A stretch of DNA of 64,000 nucleotides from an uncultured Candidatus Saccharibacteria bacterium (GTDB lineage: Bacteria; Patescibacteriota; Dojkabacteria; SC72). Location: positions 1,059-65,058 of the forward strand of contig CAZUOO010000001.1 of assembly GCA_964621555.1 (NCBI GenBank), written 5' to 3'. Below the pieces are notes generated by a model. The model did not search any database. It saw nothing but the letters and a program-made list of their open reading frames with translations, and was not told where the DNA came from. Of the stretch, positions 40,093-49,536 are shown in pieces (position 1 is the first letter of the stretch; each line of letters begins with the position of its first letter). The position numbers were made by a program, and so were the translations under genes.

Positions 40093-40443
40093 CTACTTTG
40101 TATGCTTTTTGCTTGAAATATATTTACTAAAATCACCAATGCTCTCACTAAAACCAGAAGAAGGAAAAAGATATATATTCTTTCCTTTTCTTTTGGATTC
40201 GACCAAGCCAAAATCAAGAAGTTCTTTAACATGATTTGAAACGGTAGGCTGAGGAATATCAAGTGACGTTGCTATCCTCGTAACACAGTTATCTGAAATT
40301 TCATCTTTCTCCATACAACTCTCACATGATGTTTCCAATATATTTAAGAAAATAGACATCCTAGTTGGATTTGAAAGTACTCTAAAGTATTTAGATATTG
40401 TATCTGAATTCATATGTCTAAATGTAATACTAATTGTTGCCAA
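40093..40443 (-). CDS. ArsR/SmtB-family metalloregulatory transcriptional repressor
   Basis: Winged-HTH LSNPTRMSIFLNIL with a CESCMEK Cys pair. It lies immediately upstream of sodA on the same strand. Confidence 0.7.
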   Translation of the reverse strand: MATISITFRHMNSDTISKYFRVLSNPTRMSIFLNILETSCESCMEKDEISDNCVTRIATSLDIPQPTVSNHVKELLDFGLVESKRKGKNIYLFPSSGFSESIGDFSKYISSKKHTK

Positions 40444-40451
40444 TTACAATA

Positions 40452-41210
40452 TTAGATAAATTTGAAAAACAATCTCCCTGTTCGCTTTATATAATTCGCA
40501 TACTCTTTATTACCCTTATACCTCTCCGCATATTTCTTCTCAAGCGTTGGAATGCCAGTTACGTTTAGCAGAAGGTATGCAATGAAAAGTGGAGATACGA
40601 TTGATAGCAGCTCAATATTATTGATAAAGGGTAGTACAAACAGAAATACTCCAACCCACATCATAATCTCACCTAGATAGTTTGGGTGCCTAGAATATCT
40701 CCAAAGCCCTGTATCTATCCACTTCCCTCTATTAGCCTCATCACTTTTAAACTTAAACTTCTGCATATCAGCAAATGTTTCAATTAGTAGGCCAACGGAA
40801 GCAATTACTAATCCTAATACTGTAATCCAGTTTAATTCTAAGGCAAATGGGGTAGACATAAGAAAAAGAGATGGGAGCAGAACCACCCATACTGTCACCC
40901 CCTGCAAAAGCCAGAACGAAATAAACTTCACTGGGTTTTCACGTATCCCATCAAACCTATCGTCTTTCTTAGTCTTAAGAATACGAATGAAGAGATAAGT
41001 AGCAATCCTTAGCGCCCAAAGAGATACCAATACCGTTAGTACTAGCTTAAGCGTAGAATATTCATTAGAGAAAAATGCAATCAATATAAGCAAAAGGAAA
41101 GTTAGTCCATATGAGATATCGGTAAGAACATCGGTTTTTCTAATAACCGCAATCGTGCCAAGAACAACTTGAATTAAAACCGAAACTCCGAGCAAGTATA
41201 GTACTTCCAT
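40452..41210 (-). CDS. DUF1295 / ICMT-like membrane protein (phospholipid or isoprenylcysteine methyltransferase-like fold)
   Basis: Polytopic membrane protein with the C-terminal motif GLWRYSRHPNYLGEIMMW (RHPxY). Confidence 0.55.
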   Translation of the reverse strand: MEVLYLLGVSVLIQVVLGTIAVIRKTDVLTDISYGLTFLLLILIAFFSNEYSTLKLVLTVLVSLWALRIATYLFIRILKTKKDDRFDGIRENPVKFISFWLLQGVTVWVVLLPSLFLMSTPFALELNWITVLGLVIASVGLLIETFADMQKFKFKSDEANRGKWIDTGLWRYSRHPNYLGEIMMWVGVFLFVLPFINNIELLSIVSPLFIAYLLLNVTGIPTLEKKYAERYKGNKEYANYIKRTGRLFFKFI

Positions 41211-41220
41211 AGTAGTATTA

Positions 41221-41730
41221 TTAATTTAAATTATAGTCAATCAAATCAACCAAATCACTCTCTAAAATCTCTCCGGTAGCTTTTTTAAATATGCTCCCAT
41301 CTTTATTAATTAGGACATAGAAATTATTATATCCCACTCCATAATCCATCGCGACTAAACCTTTCTCATCCATAAGGACTGGGTGAGTGATTGAGTTTTG
41401 ATCTACAAACTTTCTAACATCGCTCTCTGACTCCTTAGAATTAATACCCCAAACAGCCAATTGAGAGCTATAGCTTGCAGACATTAGTGAAAGCTTAGGA
41501 GCGCTAACTTGGCATGTTGGACACCAAGTAGCATAAAAAGCAATTACAACTGGCTTAGATTTAAGCTCATCTTTGAGTGAGTGCAAGTTACCATTAATAT
41601 CCTTCAACTGGAAATTGTAATCCTTGCTAGTGGGGTCTAGCTTAACTGAACCTGAGTTTGTAAAATATATAGAGGCAATAAATACAACAAGTATTCCCAA
41701 TATTGATGCAATAATAATGTATCTATTCAT
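41221..41730 (-). CDS. TlpA/ResA-like thiol-disulfide oxidoreductase (thioredoxin fold), membrane-anchored
   Basis: N-terminal anchor and the motif VVIAFYATWCPTCQ. Confidence 0.8.
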   Translation of the reverse strand: MNRYIIIASILGILVVFIASIYFTNSGSVKLDPTSKDYNFQLKDINGNLHSLKDELKSKPVVIAFYATWCPTCQVSAPKLSLMSASYSSQLAVWGINSKESESDVRKFVDQNSITHPVLMDEKGLVAMDYGVGYNNFYVLINKDGSIFKKATGEILESDLVDLIDYNLN

Positions 41731-41808
41731 AGTAACTACATATTACCTTAAATATTCCAAATATAAAATATATGATAATATTATCTGTTAAGTTATAACC
41801 TTCTATAG

Positions 41809-42207
41809 ATGATTAAACATATACAGAAATATATTATTACACTAACCGTATTCTTTTTTATAGACCTTGTATGGATACAGTACGTGGCTAACAGACTATA
41901 CAATGAATATGTGGCCGACATACTAATAGATAACCCAAGGCCACTTCCCGCAATCCTCTTCTACCTAATTCATTCCTTTGTACTTGTCTATATAAATGCT
42001 CAAATACCAACCTCAAGCATATTTAAAAAGTTCACAGTTGCGTTTCTGATTGGATTAACATCATACGCCACCTACAACCTAACGAATTACGCAATAATTG
42101 AGGCATGGCATGTAAACCTCCTTCTTCCTGATATTCTCTGGGGAGGAATATTAAGTGGAGTCTCTGTAGTTGCAGCTGAATATTTAACACGCACTAAAGA
42201 TGTATAA
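41809..42207 (+). CDS. Small integral membrane protein (DUF2177-like)
   Basis: Four predicted TM helices; no catalytic motif. Confidence 0.4.
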   Translation: MIKHIQKYIITLTVFFFIDLVWIQYVANRLYNEYVADILIDNPRPLPAILFYLIHSFVLVYINAQIPTSSIFKKFTVAFLIGLTSYATYNLTNYAIIEAWHVNLLLPDILWGGILSGVSVVAAEYLTRTKDV

Positions 42208-42883
42208 GAACATTATTTTCGACTTTGACGGAACAATAAATGACTCTAGAGATTATACCCTACAAACATTCCTTAATCTGAGTAAAAATAAGGTCGGAGA
42301 GAAATTTGATTCAATAAGAGACAAAAGTCCTAAGGAAATTATAGATGAGTTTAGAGATATATCATTTGCAGATATAAAGAAAAGGTTCAAACTTAATATT
42401 ATATCCTTCTTTAGCATCGTTAATCTTGTACAGGAGGAAGAGTATAAATTCATTACAACATCATCTAAAGAAGAAGTTCTCACCAAACTACCTTTCTATG
42501 AGGGTATGTTAGAACTAATTGAAAGATTAAATAAGGAGGGGGTAAATATATATCTTCTGTCGTCAAATAAGGAGAAGGTACTACGTGCCCTCCTAAAGCA
42601 TACGAAGACGTTTAGCATGTTTAAGAGGATTGTAGGTGGTACCAAACTATTTGGTAAAGCATCTAAGATACGTTCGCTTATGAGAAAGGAAAGGTTGAAA
42701 GCAAGTGATACGGTGTATATTGGTGATGAGGTTAGGGATATTACAGCATCACAAAAGGTAGGTATTGATATAGCATCTGTTACATGGGGATATGCTAGTA
42801 TGAAGCAGTTGGTTAAATATAACCCTACATTTATATGTGAGAGCGTAGGGGAGTTGGAGAGAGTACTTACAACTGATAATTAA
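42200..42883 (+). CDS. HAD-superfamily hydrolase (phosphoglycolate phosphatase-like)
   Basis: Motif I IIFDFDGTINDS and motif IV YIGDEVRDI. Confidence 0.8.
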   Translation: MYKNIIFDFDGTINDSRDYTLQTFLNLSKNKVGEKFDSIRDKSPKEIIDEFRDISFADIKKRFKLNIISFFSIVNLVQEEEYKFITTSSKEEVLTKLPFYEGMLELIERLNKEGVNIYLLSSNKEKVLRALLKHTKTFSMFKRIVGGTKLFGKASKIRSLMRKERLKASDTVYIGDEVRDITASQKVGIDIASVTWGYASMKQLVKYNPTFICESVGELERVLTTDN

Positions 42884-43665
42884 GCTGCAAGTTCATCAAA
42901 AATCCAATCTTTAATTAAACGATAGTCTGTATTTGGGTTGTACTTAGATATATGATTTCCCTCGTACACCTTAACCGAATTATTTGGATATTTAGATAGG
43001 ACTTTCTCAATAGACTTAGGATCAATAATATGATCTTTAGAAGCTTTGATAATTACAGTTGGCTTGGTTATAATCGATTCGAGATCTATATTATAATCTA
43101 ATATAGATAGCCATTGCTGATTTATCATTCCTAACCTAGTTTTAGGAAAGTACATACCCTCAAACGCACGTAATATATTAGTAACAAGAAGCTTAAGGAT
43201 GTTTGAATAAAATTTACTGTACGTAGCTGGTTTAAAAATTTTACGAAGAAGATTTTTCTGAGTTTTAGTAAAGAACTCTCCAGGATTAACTAATACGACT
43301 TTGTCTATTTTCTCTAAACTTGGGAGTAACTCACACACCTTACTTATAATCGCTGTACCATATGAAAAGCCTAGGAAAGTAACACTTTTAAAATTATTCG
43401 AACGTAGAAAATCAGTTAGTAAATCTGAAGTAATTAAAGATATGTTATTGACATCATTACCAGTATTTAGAACCGAGGACTTATATCTAGAAGGATAAGA
43501 CAAGCATATCATCCTGCTATCAATTTTTAGATCTAAATCCTTTACAAACCTTGCATCGTATATACCTGGGGGGAAGATAACAACCAAGTTATTTGAATCT
43601 TTTCCGTTATCTAGATAATGAAACTCTCCTTGAGAATGCTTGTAGAACTTATCAGTATAATCCAT
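42880..43665 (-). CDS. Alpha/beta-hydrolase fold protein
   Basis: Nucleophile elbow FLGFSYGTAI (GxSxG). Confidence 0.65.
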   Translation of the reverse strand: MDYTDKFYKHSQGEFHYLDNGKDSNNLVVIFPPGIYDARFVKDLDLKIDSRMICLSYPSRYKSSVLNTGNDVNNISLITSDLLTDFLRSNNFKSVTFLGFSYGTAIISKVCELLPSLEKIDKVVLVNPGEFFTKTQKNLLRKIFKPATYSKFYSNILKLLVTNILRAFEGMYFPKTRLGMINQQWLSILDYNIDLESIITKPTVIIKASKDHIIDPKSIEKVLSKYPNNSVKVYEGNHISKYNPNTDYRLIKDWIFDELAA

Positions 43666-43721
43666 GTTAAGAATTGTATCTGGCCTAATTGAAACTAGCG
43701 CGGATTTCGAAATATAGCAAT

Positions 43722-43798
43722 TGGTCGGGGAGACAGGACTTGAACCTGCGGCCTCTGCGTCCCAAACGCAGCGTTCTAGCCATCTGAACTACTCCCCG
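43722..43798 (-). tRNA. tRNA-Pro (anticodon UGG)
   Basis: The reverse complement folds as CGGGGAG-TA-GTTC..GAAC-CTGCG-TTTGGGA-CGCAG-var-GCAGG-TTCAAGT-CCTGT-CTCCCCG-A-CCA. Confidence 0.85.
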
Positions 43799-43839
43799 AC
43801 AACTTCTGTATTTTATCACACAATAATATAAAACAAAAA

Positions 43840-43860
43840 GGGAGGCGAACCTCCCTTTTT
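43840..43860. terminator. Rho-independent bidirectional terminator
   Basis: Perfect GGGAGG-CGAA-CCTCCC hairpin flanked by an A5 run upstream and a T5 run downstream, sitting 3' of the minus-strand DUF4870 gene. Confidence 0.75.
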
Positions 43861-43881
43861 ATAATCAGCTAATTCTAAAGA

Positions 43882-44280
43882 TTAGAATCTATTCATAATC
43901 TCTAATGCATACTTAGAAAGAACAGGAACATCAAACCTTTCTCCCTTATATGCTTTCATTGCTCCAACGATAACTAATACAAAACTACCTAATGAAACAA
44001 TAGGTATTAAGCATAGACTTAGAAGACCAACTATTACATTGATAACAGGGATAGCTCCTAAAACACCTGTAACTAAACCAAATGCTAAACCTGCAACGAA
44101 AAGTAATGCAAACTGTGCTGCATAATACCTAACGAAGAGATCTTTTCTCTCAACAAAAAACATAACCAATCCTACAATAGGAATACATGATACTGCGGCC
44201 ATCAATGCATTGTCCTTATTAAATTTGATATCATTCAATGATACCTGCCTTACAGCTTCTTTTGCCTTAACTTCTGCCAT
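43882..44280 (-). CDS. DUF4870-like small membrane protein
   Basis: AAVSCIPIVGLVMFFVERKDLFVRYYAAQ matches the DUF4870 signature; three TM helices. Confidence 0.5.
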   Translation of the reverse strand: MAEVKAKEAVRQVSLNDIKFNKDNALMAAVSCIPIVGLVMFFVERKDLFVRYYAAQFALLFVAGLAFGLVTGVLGAIPVINVIVGLLSLCLIPIVSLGSFVLVIVGAMKAYKGERFDVPVLSKYALEIMNRF

Positions 44281-44389
44281 AGATATATAAAAATAATATT
44301 AAGTAATCTTTATCAGTATAGTTGAGCACGGAGTAACATTCAAGGGGTATATTAATACACTACAAGGTATTGCAATTGTTAAACCGAGG

Positions 44390-44404
44390 GTATACCATGT
44401 ATAC
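44390..44404 (+). promoter_or_regulatory. Candidate LexA operator (GTATAC-CAT-GTATAC) 26-40 nt upstream of lexA
   Basis: A tandem of the palindromic hexamer GTATAC forms a near-palindromic 15-mer in the lexA promoter region. Confidence 0.3.
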
Positions 44405-44429
44405 ATAATTAATATATTAGCTTTAATAT

Positions 44430-45065
44430 ATGAACCAATTTTTAACAGAAAAACAAGTAAAGGTGTTAACGACAATTAGGGATTTCTTTCTTGAAAATGG
44501 CTACGCACCATCATTAAGTGAATTGCAAATTATGCTACATATTAATACTAAGCGAGGTGTGGTAAACCACTTAGAATCCTTGGAAAAGAAGGGCTACATT
44601 ATTAGAACGAGCGAGCCTAGAGGTATACGCCTCGTAGAGGAAGAGGAATATCAGTATATGATTGGTATACCTATATTGGGATATGCTAATGCAGGTAAGC
44701 CACTTGCAATTGCTGAAGAAGATAGATTAGGTGTTTTACATGTTGATAAATCATTACTCACACATAAATCAGATCTTTTTGCATTAATTGTTAATGGAGA
44801 TTCTATGAATCAAAGAGTTATTGAGGGGAAGAATATGAAAGATGGGTGTTATGTAATTGTTTCTAAAAGTGCAGAGATTAGCGATGAGGATGCGGTAGTT
44901 GCAGTTTTGGATAATTCCGCTACAATCAAATCATATAAAAAGGATGACGATATGATTATTCTATACCCACAATCTGACAACCCTATCCATCAGCCAATAT
45001 ACCTTGATCAGTACAGCAATAGTTTAATCAACGGTAAGATTATTAAAATACTCGATAGACCATAA
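44430..45065 (+). CDS. lexA: LexA repressor
   Basis: N-terminal wHTH (LTEKQVKVLTTIRDFFLENGYAPSLSEL), an Ala-Gly cleavage site (ANAGKP), and the S24 Ser/Lys dyad context VNGDSMN ... K. Confidence 0.85.
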   Translation: MNQFLTEKQVKVLTTIRDFFLENGYAPSLSELQIMLHINTKRGVVNHLESLEKKGYIIRTSEPRGIRLVEEEEYQYMIGIPILGYANAGKPLAIAEEDRLGVLHVDKSLLTHKSDLFALIVNGDSMNQRVIEGKNMKDGCYVIVSKSAEISDEDAVVAVLDNSATIKSYKKDDDMIILYPQSDNPIHQPIYLDQYSNSLINGKIIKILDRP

Positions 45066-45602
45066 ATGGAAGGTATTAAACTACTTTCAAATAAATACGT
45101 TAGATTAGTAGTGATTCTTCGGATTGCAGGTTATTTTACGATCCTCTGGTATCCCCTTGAAGGGATCCTTCTTTCAATGTTTTTAGATATTCTTGACTGG
45201 TATATTTTGAGCTGGGGAGGTGTACCTAGAAGTACATATCATAAGGTTGATAAACCAATTGATTATATACAGTACCTTTTTATGATACCTCCGATATTAA
45301 GCACCCCTATATTCCCAACTTACATGCTGTTTCTAATTTGGAGAACTATTGGGCATCTGGTGTACTATAAAACGGGAAAACGTGCCTTCTTCATACTTTT
45401 TCCTAATGTTGCTGAATACATTGCAATTGTATACTTCATCTCCGAAAGGTATGGGTTAGGAGTTAGTGCAAACTCACTCCAAGTGATACTAATCATAATC
45501 ATATTTAAGATAGTGATGGAGGTTTGGCTCCACTATTTCGCCAAAGGTAGTAGCTACGACTGGGGAAGGCGCATTAGAGCTTTCTTGTATCCAAACTCCT
45601 AA
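45066..45602 (+). CDS. Hypothetical polytopic membrane protein co-transcribed with lexA
   Basis: Its start abuts the lexA stop; multiple hydrophobic helices. Confidence 0.4.
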   Translation: MEGIKLLSNKYVRLVVILRIAGYFTILWYPLEGILLSMFLDILDWYILSWGGVPRSTYHKVDKPIDYIQYLFMIPPILSTPIFPTYMLFLIWRTIGHLVYYKTGKRAFFILFPNVAEYIAIVYFISERYGLGVSANSLQVILIIIIFKIVMEVWLHYFAKGSSYDWGRRIRAFLYPNS

Positions 45603-45642
45603 TATAGTATCATTGTCACACAATAATTAATCCTTTTTCCTA

Positions 45643-46602
45643 ATGGATATTAACACTGAGAATATACTAATAGGTGACACAATATATATTGTTGGACATA
45701 GAAAACCTGACGTAGATGCAATAGTATCTGCATACTCATATCAAATATATAGACACTCAAGAGGAGACTTCAACTATAGCGCTATTAGGTGTGATGATGT
45801 AAACCCATTAACAACATGGCTATTTGAATATTTTAAGATTGAACTTCCTATGTTGATTAGGGATATATCTGGAAAAAAGGTGGTACTTGTAGACCACACA
45901 GATCCTGACCAAAGGGCTACAGGGTGGGAAAATGCAGAGATAATAGAGGTTGTTGATCACCATAACTTAAAGCTAGAAACTACAGTACCTCCTAAAATAA
46001 CTATTCGACCATATGGATCAACCACCACACTCGTAGCCCTAAAGTTAATACGTGCAAATGTAAAGATTCAAGCTAATGTAGCAGGTTTAATGCTTTCTGC
46101 CATCCTAGACGACACCCTAGCGCTTAGATCTCCAATTACAACCTATGTTGATAGATCAATAGCAGGTAATCTGGCTGCAATTGCAGGTATTTCAGATATC
46201 TCTGGATTTGCGCGTGACCTATTTAACCATAAGGATGTATGGGCAAAAATGAAAGCCTTAGATATTATTAATACTGATATCAAGAACTTTGAAACTAATG
46301 GAGTAACGTTCTCCATATCACAAGTAGAAACAATGGATAACCAGAAGCTATCCTCTAAAGAAAAGGAAATATTAACCTCCCTGAAAAAGCTGAATCAGAC
46401 AGAACCAATGAACATAAGAGTAGTTATGTTAACAGACCTGCTTAGAAATGACTGCATTTTGCTTGCAGACGGAGATATGGTGGGTGACCTGGAATCAATC
46501 TTTGAAACCAAGCTCGAGAATGGTAATAGAATGTACCTTCCAGGAGTATTATCCAGGAAGAAACAGCTCCTTCCAAAGATTCTAAACCACTACACAGCTT
46601 AA
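45643..46602 (+). CDS. ppaC: Manganese-dependent inorganic pyrophosphatase (family II, DHH/DHHA2)
   Basis: The protein is collinear with PpaC. Matching blocks are IYIVGHRKPDVDAI, VVLVDHTD, EVVDHHN, AGLMLSAILDDTLALRSP and the C-terminal GVLSRKKQLLP. Confidence 0.85.
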   Translation: MDINTENILIGDTIYIVGHRKPDVDAIVSAYSYQIYRHSRGDFNYSAIRCDDVNPLTTWLFEYFKIELPMLIRDISGKKVVLVDHTDPDQRATGWENAEIIEVVDHHNLKLETTVPPKITIRPYGSTTTLVALKLIRANVKIQANVAGLMLSAILDDTLALRSPITTYVDRSIAGNLAAIAGISDISGFARDLFNHKDVWAKMKALDIINTDIKNFETNGVTFSISQVETMDNQKLSSKEKEILTSLKKLNQTEPMNIRVVMLTDLLRNDCILLADGDMVGDLESIFETKLENGNRMYLPGVLSRKKQLLPKILNHYTA

Positions 46603-46673
46603 TCATAGCTTTACGGTTCTCTCAAGTGCTATTATTTAGCATAACTTAAACCTGTCACTCCTTCATAACTCAA

Positions 46674-48083
46674 ATGCAAATACTAACCAAGACAGATTTC
46701 AAAACATATCTAGACACGCCAATGCATCTTTGGGGCAAGGTAAACGGTCAGTATACTAAAGACGAAAACGACTTCATACTTCATATAAAAGGACAGGGAA
46801 GAGAGGTTGAGAAACTAGGTCTAGAATATATCAAACAAAATATAACCCCCAACTTTGAATATCAGAGAAAATTTACATTTGAGAACCTTGAATGCATATG
46901 CGATATCCTCATAGAAAATGAAGATAATACATACTCACTCTATGAAATTAAAAGTGCATCTGACGTAAAGCAGGTAGATGAATACGACATACTCTTCCAA
47001 TACTACGTAGCATCTCAAGCTATAACTATAAGCAAGATATACGTAATACACGTAAATGGTAAGTATATGAGAGAAGGGGAATTAGACCTTAATGAAGCTT
47101 TCAAAACAAGAGACCTAACAGAATTAATAGATAGTAAACTTGAGGAAACGGTAGAACTAATAGGGAAAGCCAAGGAAGTACTCAATAGAGAAGCTCCTAA
47201 CGACATAGAAACGTGTAGAAAGCTAAAAGATTGCCCTTGCCCTCAACTCTGCTTCCCATCACTGCCTGAATACTCCATATATAACCTTGCTAATATCCAC
47301 CAAGAAAGACTAATCCAATTAGAGGAGGAAGGAATACTAGATATTAACGATATACCCGACCACTTCAACCTTAGTACCAAGCAAAGGTATCAGCTCATTA
47401 GCACCAAAACACGAAAGCCAATAATTGATAGTTCAGGGGTATCCACTTTTATCTCAAAACTAAGCTACCCGCTATACTTCCTAGACTATGAGGCATACTC
47501 ATGGCCAATACCTATGTATGACAAACACACTGCATACCAAAATGTAGTATTCCAATACTCACTACATAAAATAGTGCAAAGTAGTTCAGAAATAATACAT
47601 AAAGAATACCTCTCAACTACAAAAAACGACCCAATTAAAGAGGTGTTAGAACATTTAGAAACGGACATTGGTGATAGAGGAACAATACTTGTATGGAATC
47701 GAATATTTGAGCAGGGATGCAATAGGGAAATGGCCAGGATATATCCCCAGTATAAAGATCTATTACAAAATATAAATAGTAGAATTGTTGATCTTAGCGA
47801 CATATTTAGCAAGCAGGTATACGTAGATTACAGATTTAAAGGAAGTTGGAGTTTGAAGAACGTACTACCAATTCTCGCCCCAGGTATTAGCTATAAAGGA
47901 ATGCCCATATCAAACGGCACATCTGCAATGCTAAAGTGGAAGGAGTTGGTATATAACCAAACCAATCTAAAGGAGAAAAACATGGTATATGAGAACCTAT
48001 TAAGATACTGTGAGCTTGACACATATGCTATGATTAAAGTATTGGAAGAATTATATAGATGTGTAAATAGAACACTTATATAA
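46674..48083 (+). CDS. DUF2779-like protein: N-terminal PD-(D/E)xK nuclease domain, Cys cluster, and C-terminal DEDD-type 3'-5' exonuclease-like domain
   Basis: CDIL...YEIKSA (D...ExK), a C-x6-C-x-C-x3-C cluster (CRKLKDCPCPQLC), then YFLDYEAY (Exo I-like) and YCELDTYAM (Exo III-like). Confidence 0.55.
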   Translation: MQILTKTDFKTYLDTPMHLWGKVNGQYTKDENDFILHIKGQGREVEKLGLEYIKQNITPNFEYQRKFTFENLECICDILIENEDNTYSLYEIKSASDVKQVDEYDILFQYYVASQAITISKIYVIHVNGKYMREGELDLNEAFKTRDLTELIDSKLEETVELIGKAKEVLNREAPNDIETCRKLKDCPCPQLCFPSLPEYSIYNLANIHQERLIQLEEEGILDINDIPDHFNLSTKQRYQLISTKTRKPIIDSSGVSTFISKLSYPLYFLDYEAYSWPIPMYDKHTAYQNVVFQYSLHKIVQSSSEIIHKEYLSTTKNDPIKEVLEHLETDIGDRGTILVWNRIFEQGCNREMARIYPQYKDLLQNINSRIVDLSDIFSKQVYVDYRFKGSWSLKNVLPILAPGISYKGMPISNGTSAMLKWKELVYNQTNLKEKNMVYENLLRYCELDTYAMIKVLEELYRCVNRTLI

Positions 48084-48093
48084 TTACAACCTC

Positions 48094-48106
48094 TGTGATA
48101 TTATCA
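48094..48106 (+). promoter_or_regulatory. Candidate metalloregulator operator: 6-1-6 palindrome GTGATA-T-TATCAC upstream of the ZIP transporter gene
   Basis: Perfect inverted repeat 27 nt upstream of the ATG, resembling a shortened Fur/Zur-type TGATAAT-n-ATTATCA box. Confidence 0.3.
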
Positions 48107-48132
48107 CGAATTAATATATTAGAAACGCGACA

Positions 48133-48852
48133 ATGCTATACGAAATTATAATTGCAACGCTACTCATTAGCTCAATCTCATTAGTAGCTGTTCTTTTTCT
48201 TGCACTTAGTGATAAGCTCTTAAACCTCACCACACACTATTTTGTGGCTCTCTCCGCAGGTACGATGATGGGAACAGCGTACTTACACTTAATTCCTGAA
48301 CTAAGTGAAGAGATTAGTTTGGAAAACCTACTAATGATAATCCTAATTGCCTTCGGAGTGTTTTTCATCCTAGAAAAAATAATACACTGGAGACATTCAC
48401 ACTCAGACGTTGATAGTAAACAATCAATTGGACATATGAATCTCATTGGAGATGGTCTACACAACTTCATAGACGGTTTGCTTCTGGCAGCCACATTTGC
48501 GGTAGATGTCAGATTGGGAATACTAGCATCGTTTGCGGTAGCCCTACACGAACTCCCACAGGAAATAGGGGACTTTGGTGTACTGTTGCACGCTGGCTGG
48601 AGCAAAGCCAAAGCTATAAAAGCCAATATACTTGTATCACTAACAATGGTTCTTGGTGGTATATTAGGATTCTTCCTTTTCAACATATTTGAAGGATTTC
48701 TCCCATACCTCACTGCAATAGCGGCGGGAGGATTTATATACATAGCATCATCTGATCTAATCCCAGAATTAAAGGAGGAGAGAAATATCTTGAAATCACT
48801 TTCACACCTTCTAGTCTTCGGACTTGGAATCGCAATCACATATATGCTGTAA
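48133..48852 (+). CDS. zupT: ZIP-family divalent metal transporter (ZupT-like)
   Basis: ZIP signature HELPQEIGDFGVLL and a His-rich loop (WRHSHSDVD). Confidence 0.8.
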   Translation: MLYEIIIATLLISSISLVAVLFLALSDKLLNLTTHYFVALSAGTMMGTAYLHLIPELSEEISLENLLMIILIAFGVFFILEKIIHWRHSHSDVDSKQSIGHMNLIGDGLHNFIDGLLLAATFAVDVRLGILASFAVALHELPQEIGDFGVLLHAGWSKAKAIKANILVSLTMVLGGILGFFLFNIFEGFLPYLTAIAAGGFIYIASSDLIPELKEERNILKSLSHLLVFGLGIAITYML

Positions 48853-49464
48853 ATGGTAGGGACAGATATCCTAGAACATTTCAAAGTGAATGACACTAAA
48901 ATTCACTCACTTATTATAAAGAAGGGAATTGAGATACCTGCACAAACGCCAACGCACGAATTATATATTCAACTAACAAGAACTATCGTATACCAGCAAC
49001 TACATGGGAAAGCTGCACAGACGATATTTAACAGGTTCATATCACTATACCCCACTCAATCCCCAAATCCACAAGAGATTATAGACACTCCAATTGAGAA
49101 ATTAAGGGAAGTAGGGCTGTCAAACTCTAAAGCGAACTATATACAAAATATTGCTAAAGCCTGTGTAGAAGGGTCTCTAGACTTCTCTAAACTGTATACC
49201 ATGACAGACGACGACGTTATATCAGCTCTAACTACAATTAAGGGGGTAGGGAAGTGGACAGCCCAAATGTTTCTAATCTTTAACCTAAGTAGACCAAACG
49301 TATTTTCATATGGAGATTTAGGTCTGATGAAGGCTATAACCAAGCTATACGGATATAAGAAGACACCTTCAATCGCCACTATAAGCAGGATTGTGAAAAG
49401 ATGGGACCCGTATAAAACGTATGCCACACTATCACTTTGGAAGTATATAGATGATAAGGAATAA
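48853..49464 (+). CDS. alkA: HhH-GPD DNA glycosylase, AlkA-like (3-methyladenine DNA glycosylase II)
   Basis: HhH-GPD block LTTIKGVGKWTAQMFLIF...PNVFSYGDLG with a catalytic Asp. Confidence 0.75.
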   Translation: MVGTDILEHFKVNDTKIHSLIIKKGIEIPAQTPTHELYIQLTRTIVYQQLHGKAAQTIFNRFISLYPTQSPNPQEIIDTPIEKLREVGLSNSKANYIQNIAKACVEGSLDFSKLYTMTDDDVISALTTIKGVGKWTAQMFLIFNLSRPNVFSYGDLGLMKAITKLYGYKKTPSIATISRIVKRWDPYKTYATLSLWKYIDDKE

Positions 49465-49536
49465 CTATAAAACCTGACCAATTTACATTTATATTGGAAT
49501 TAGTTAATATGAATAATTAATTCTGAATAAACAAAT

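Noticed and set aside
40047-40262. 71-aa ORF overlapping the arsR-family gene
   Set aside because: It is same-strand and out of frame inside a gene with clear wHTH motifs. It is hydrophobic and low-complexity, so it is spurious.
48237-48896. 219-aa ORF antisense to the ZIP transporter gene
   Set aside because: The sense strand has a strong ZIP signature (HELPQEIGDF). The antisense product is low-complexity Ser/Ile/Pro-rich with no motif.
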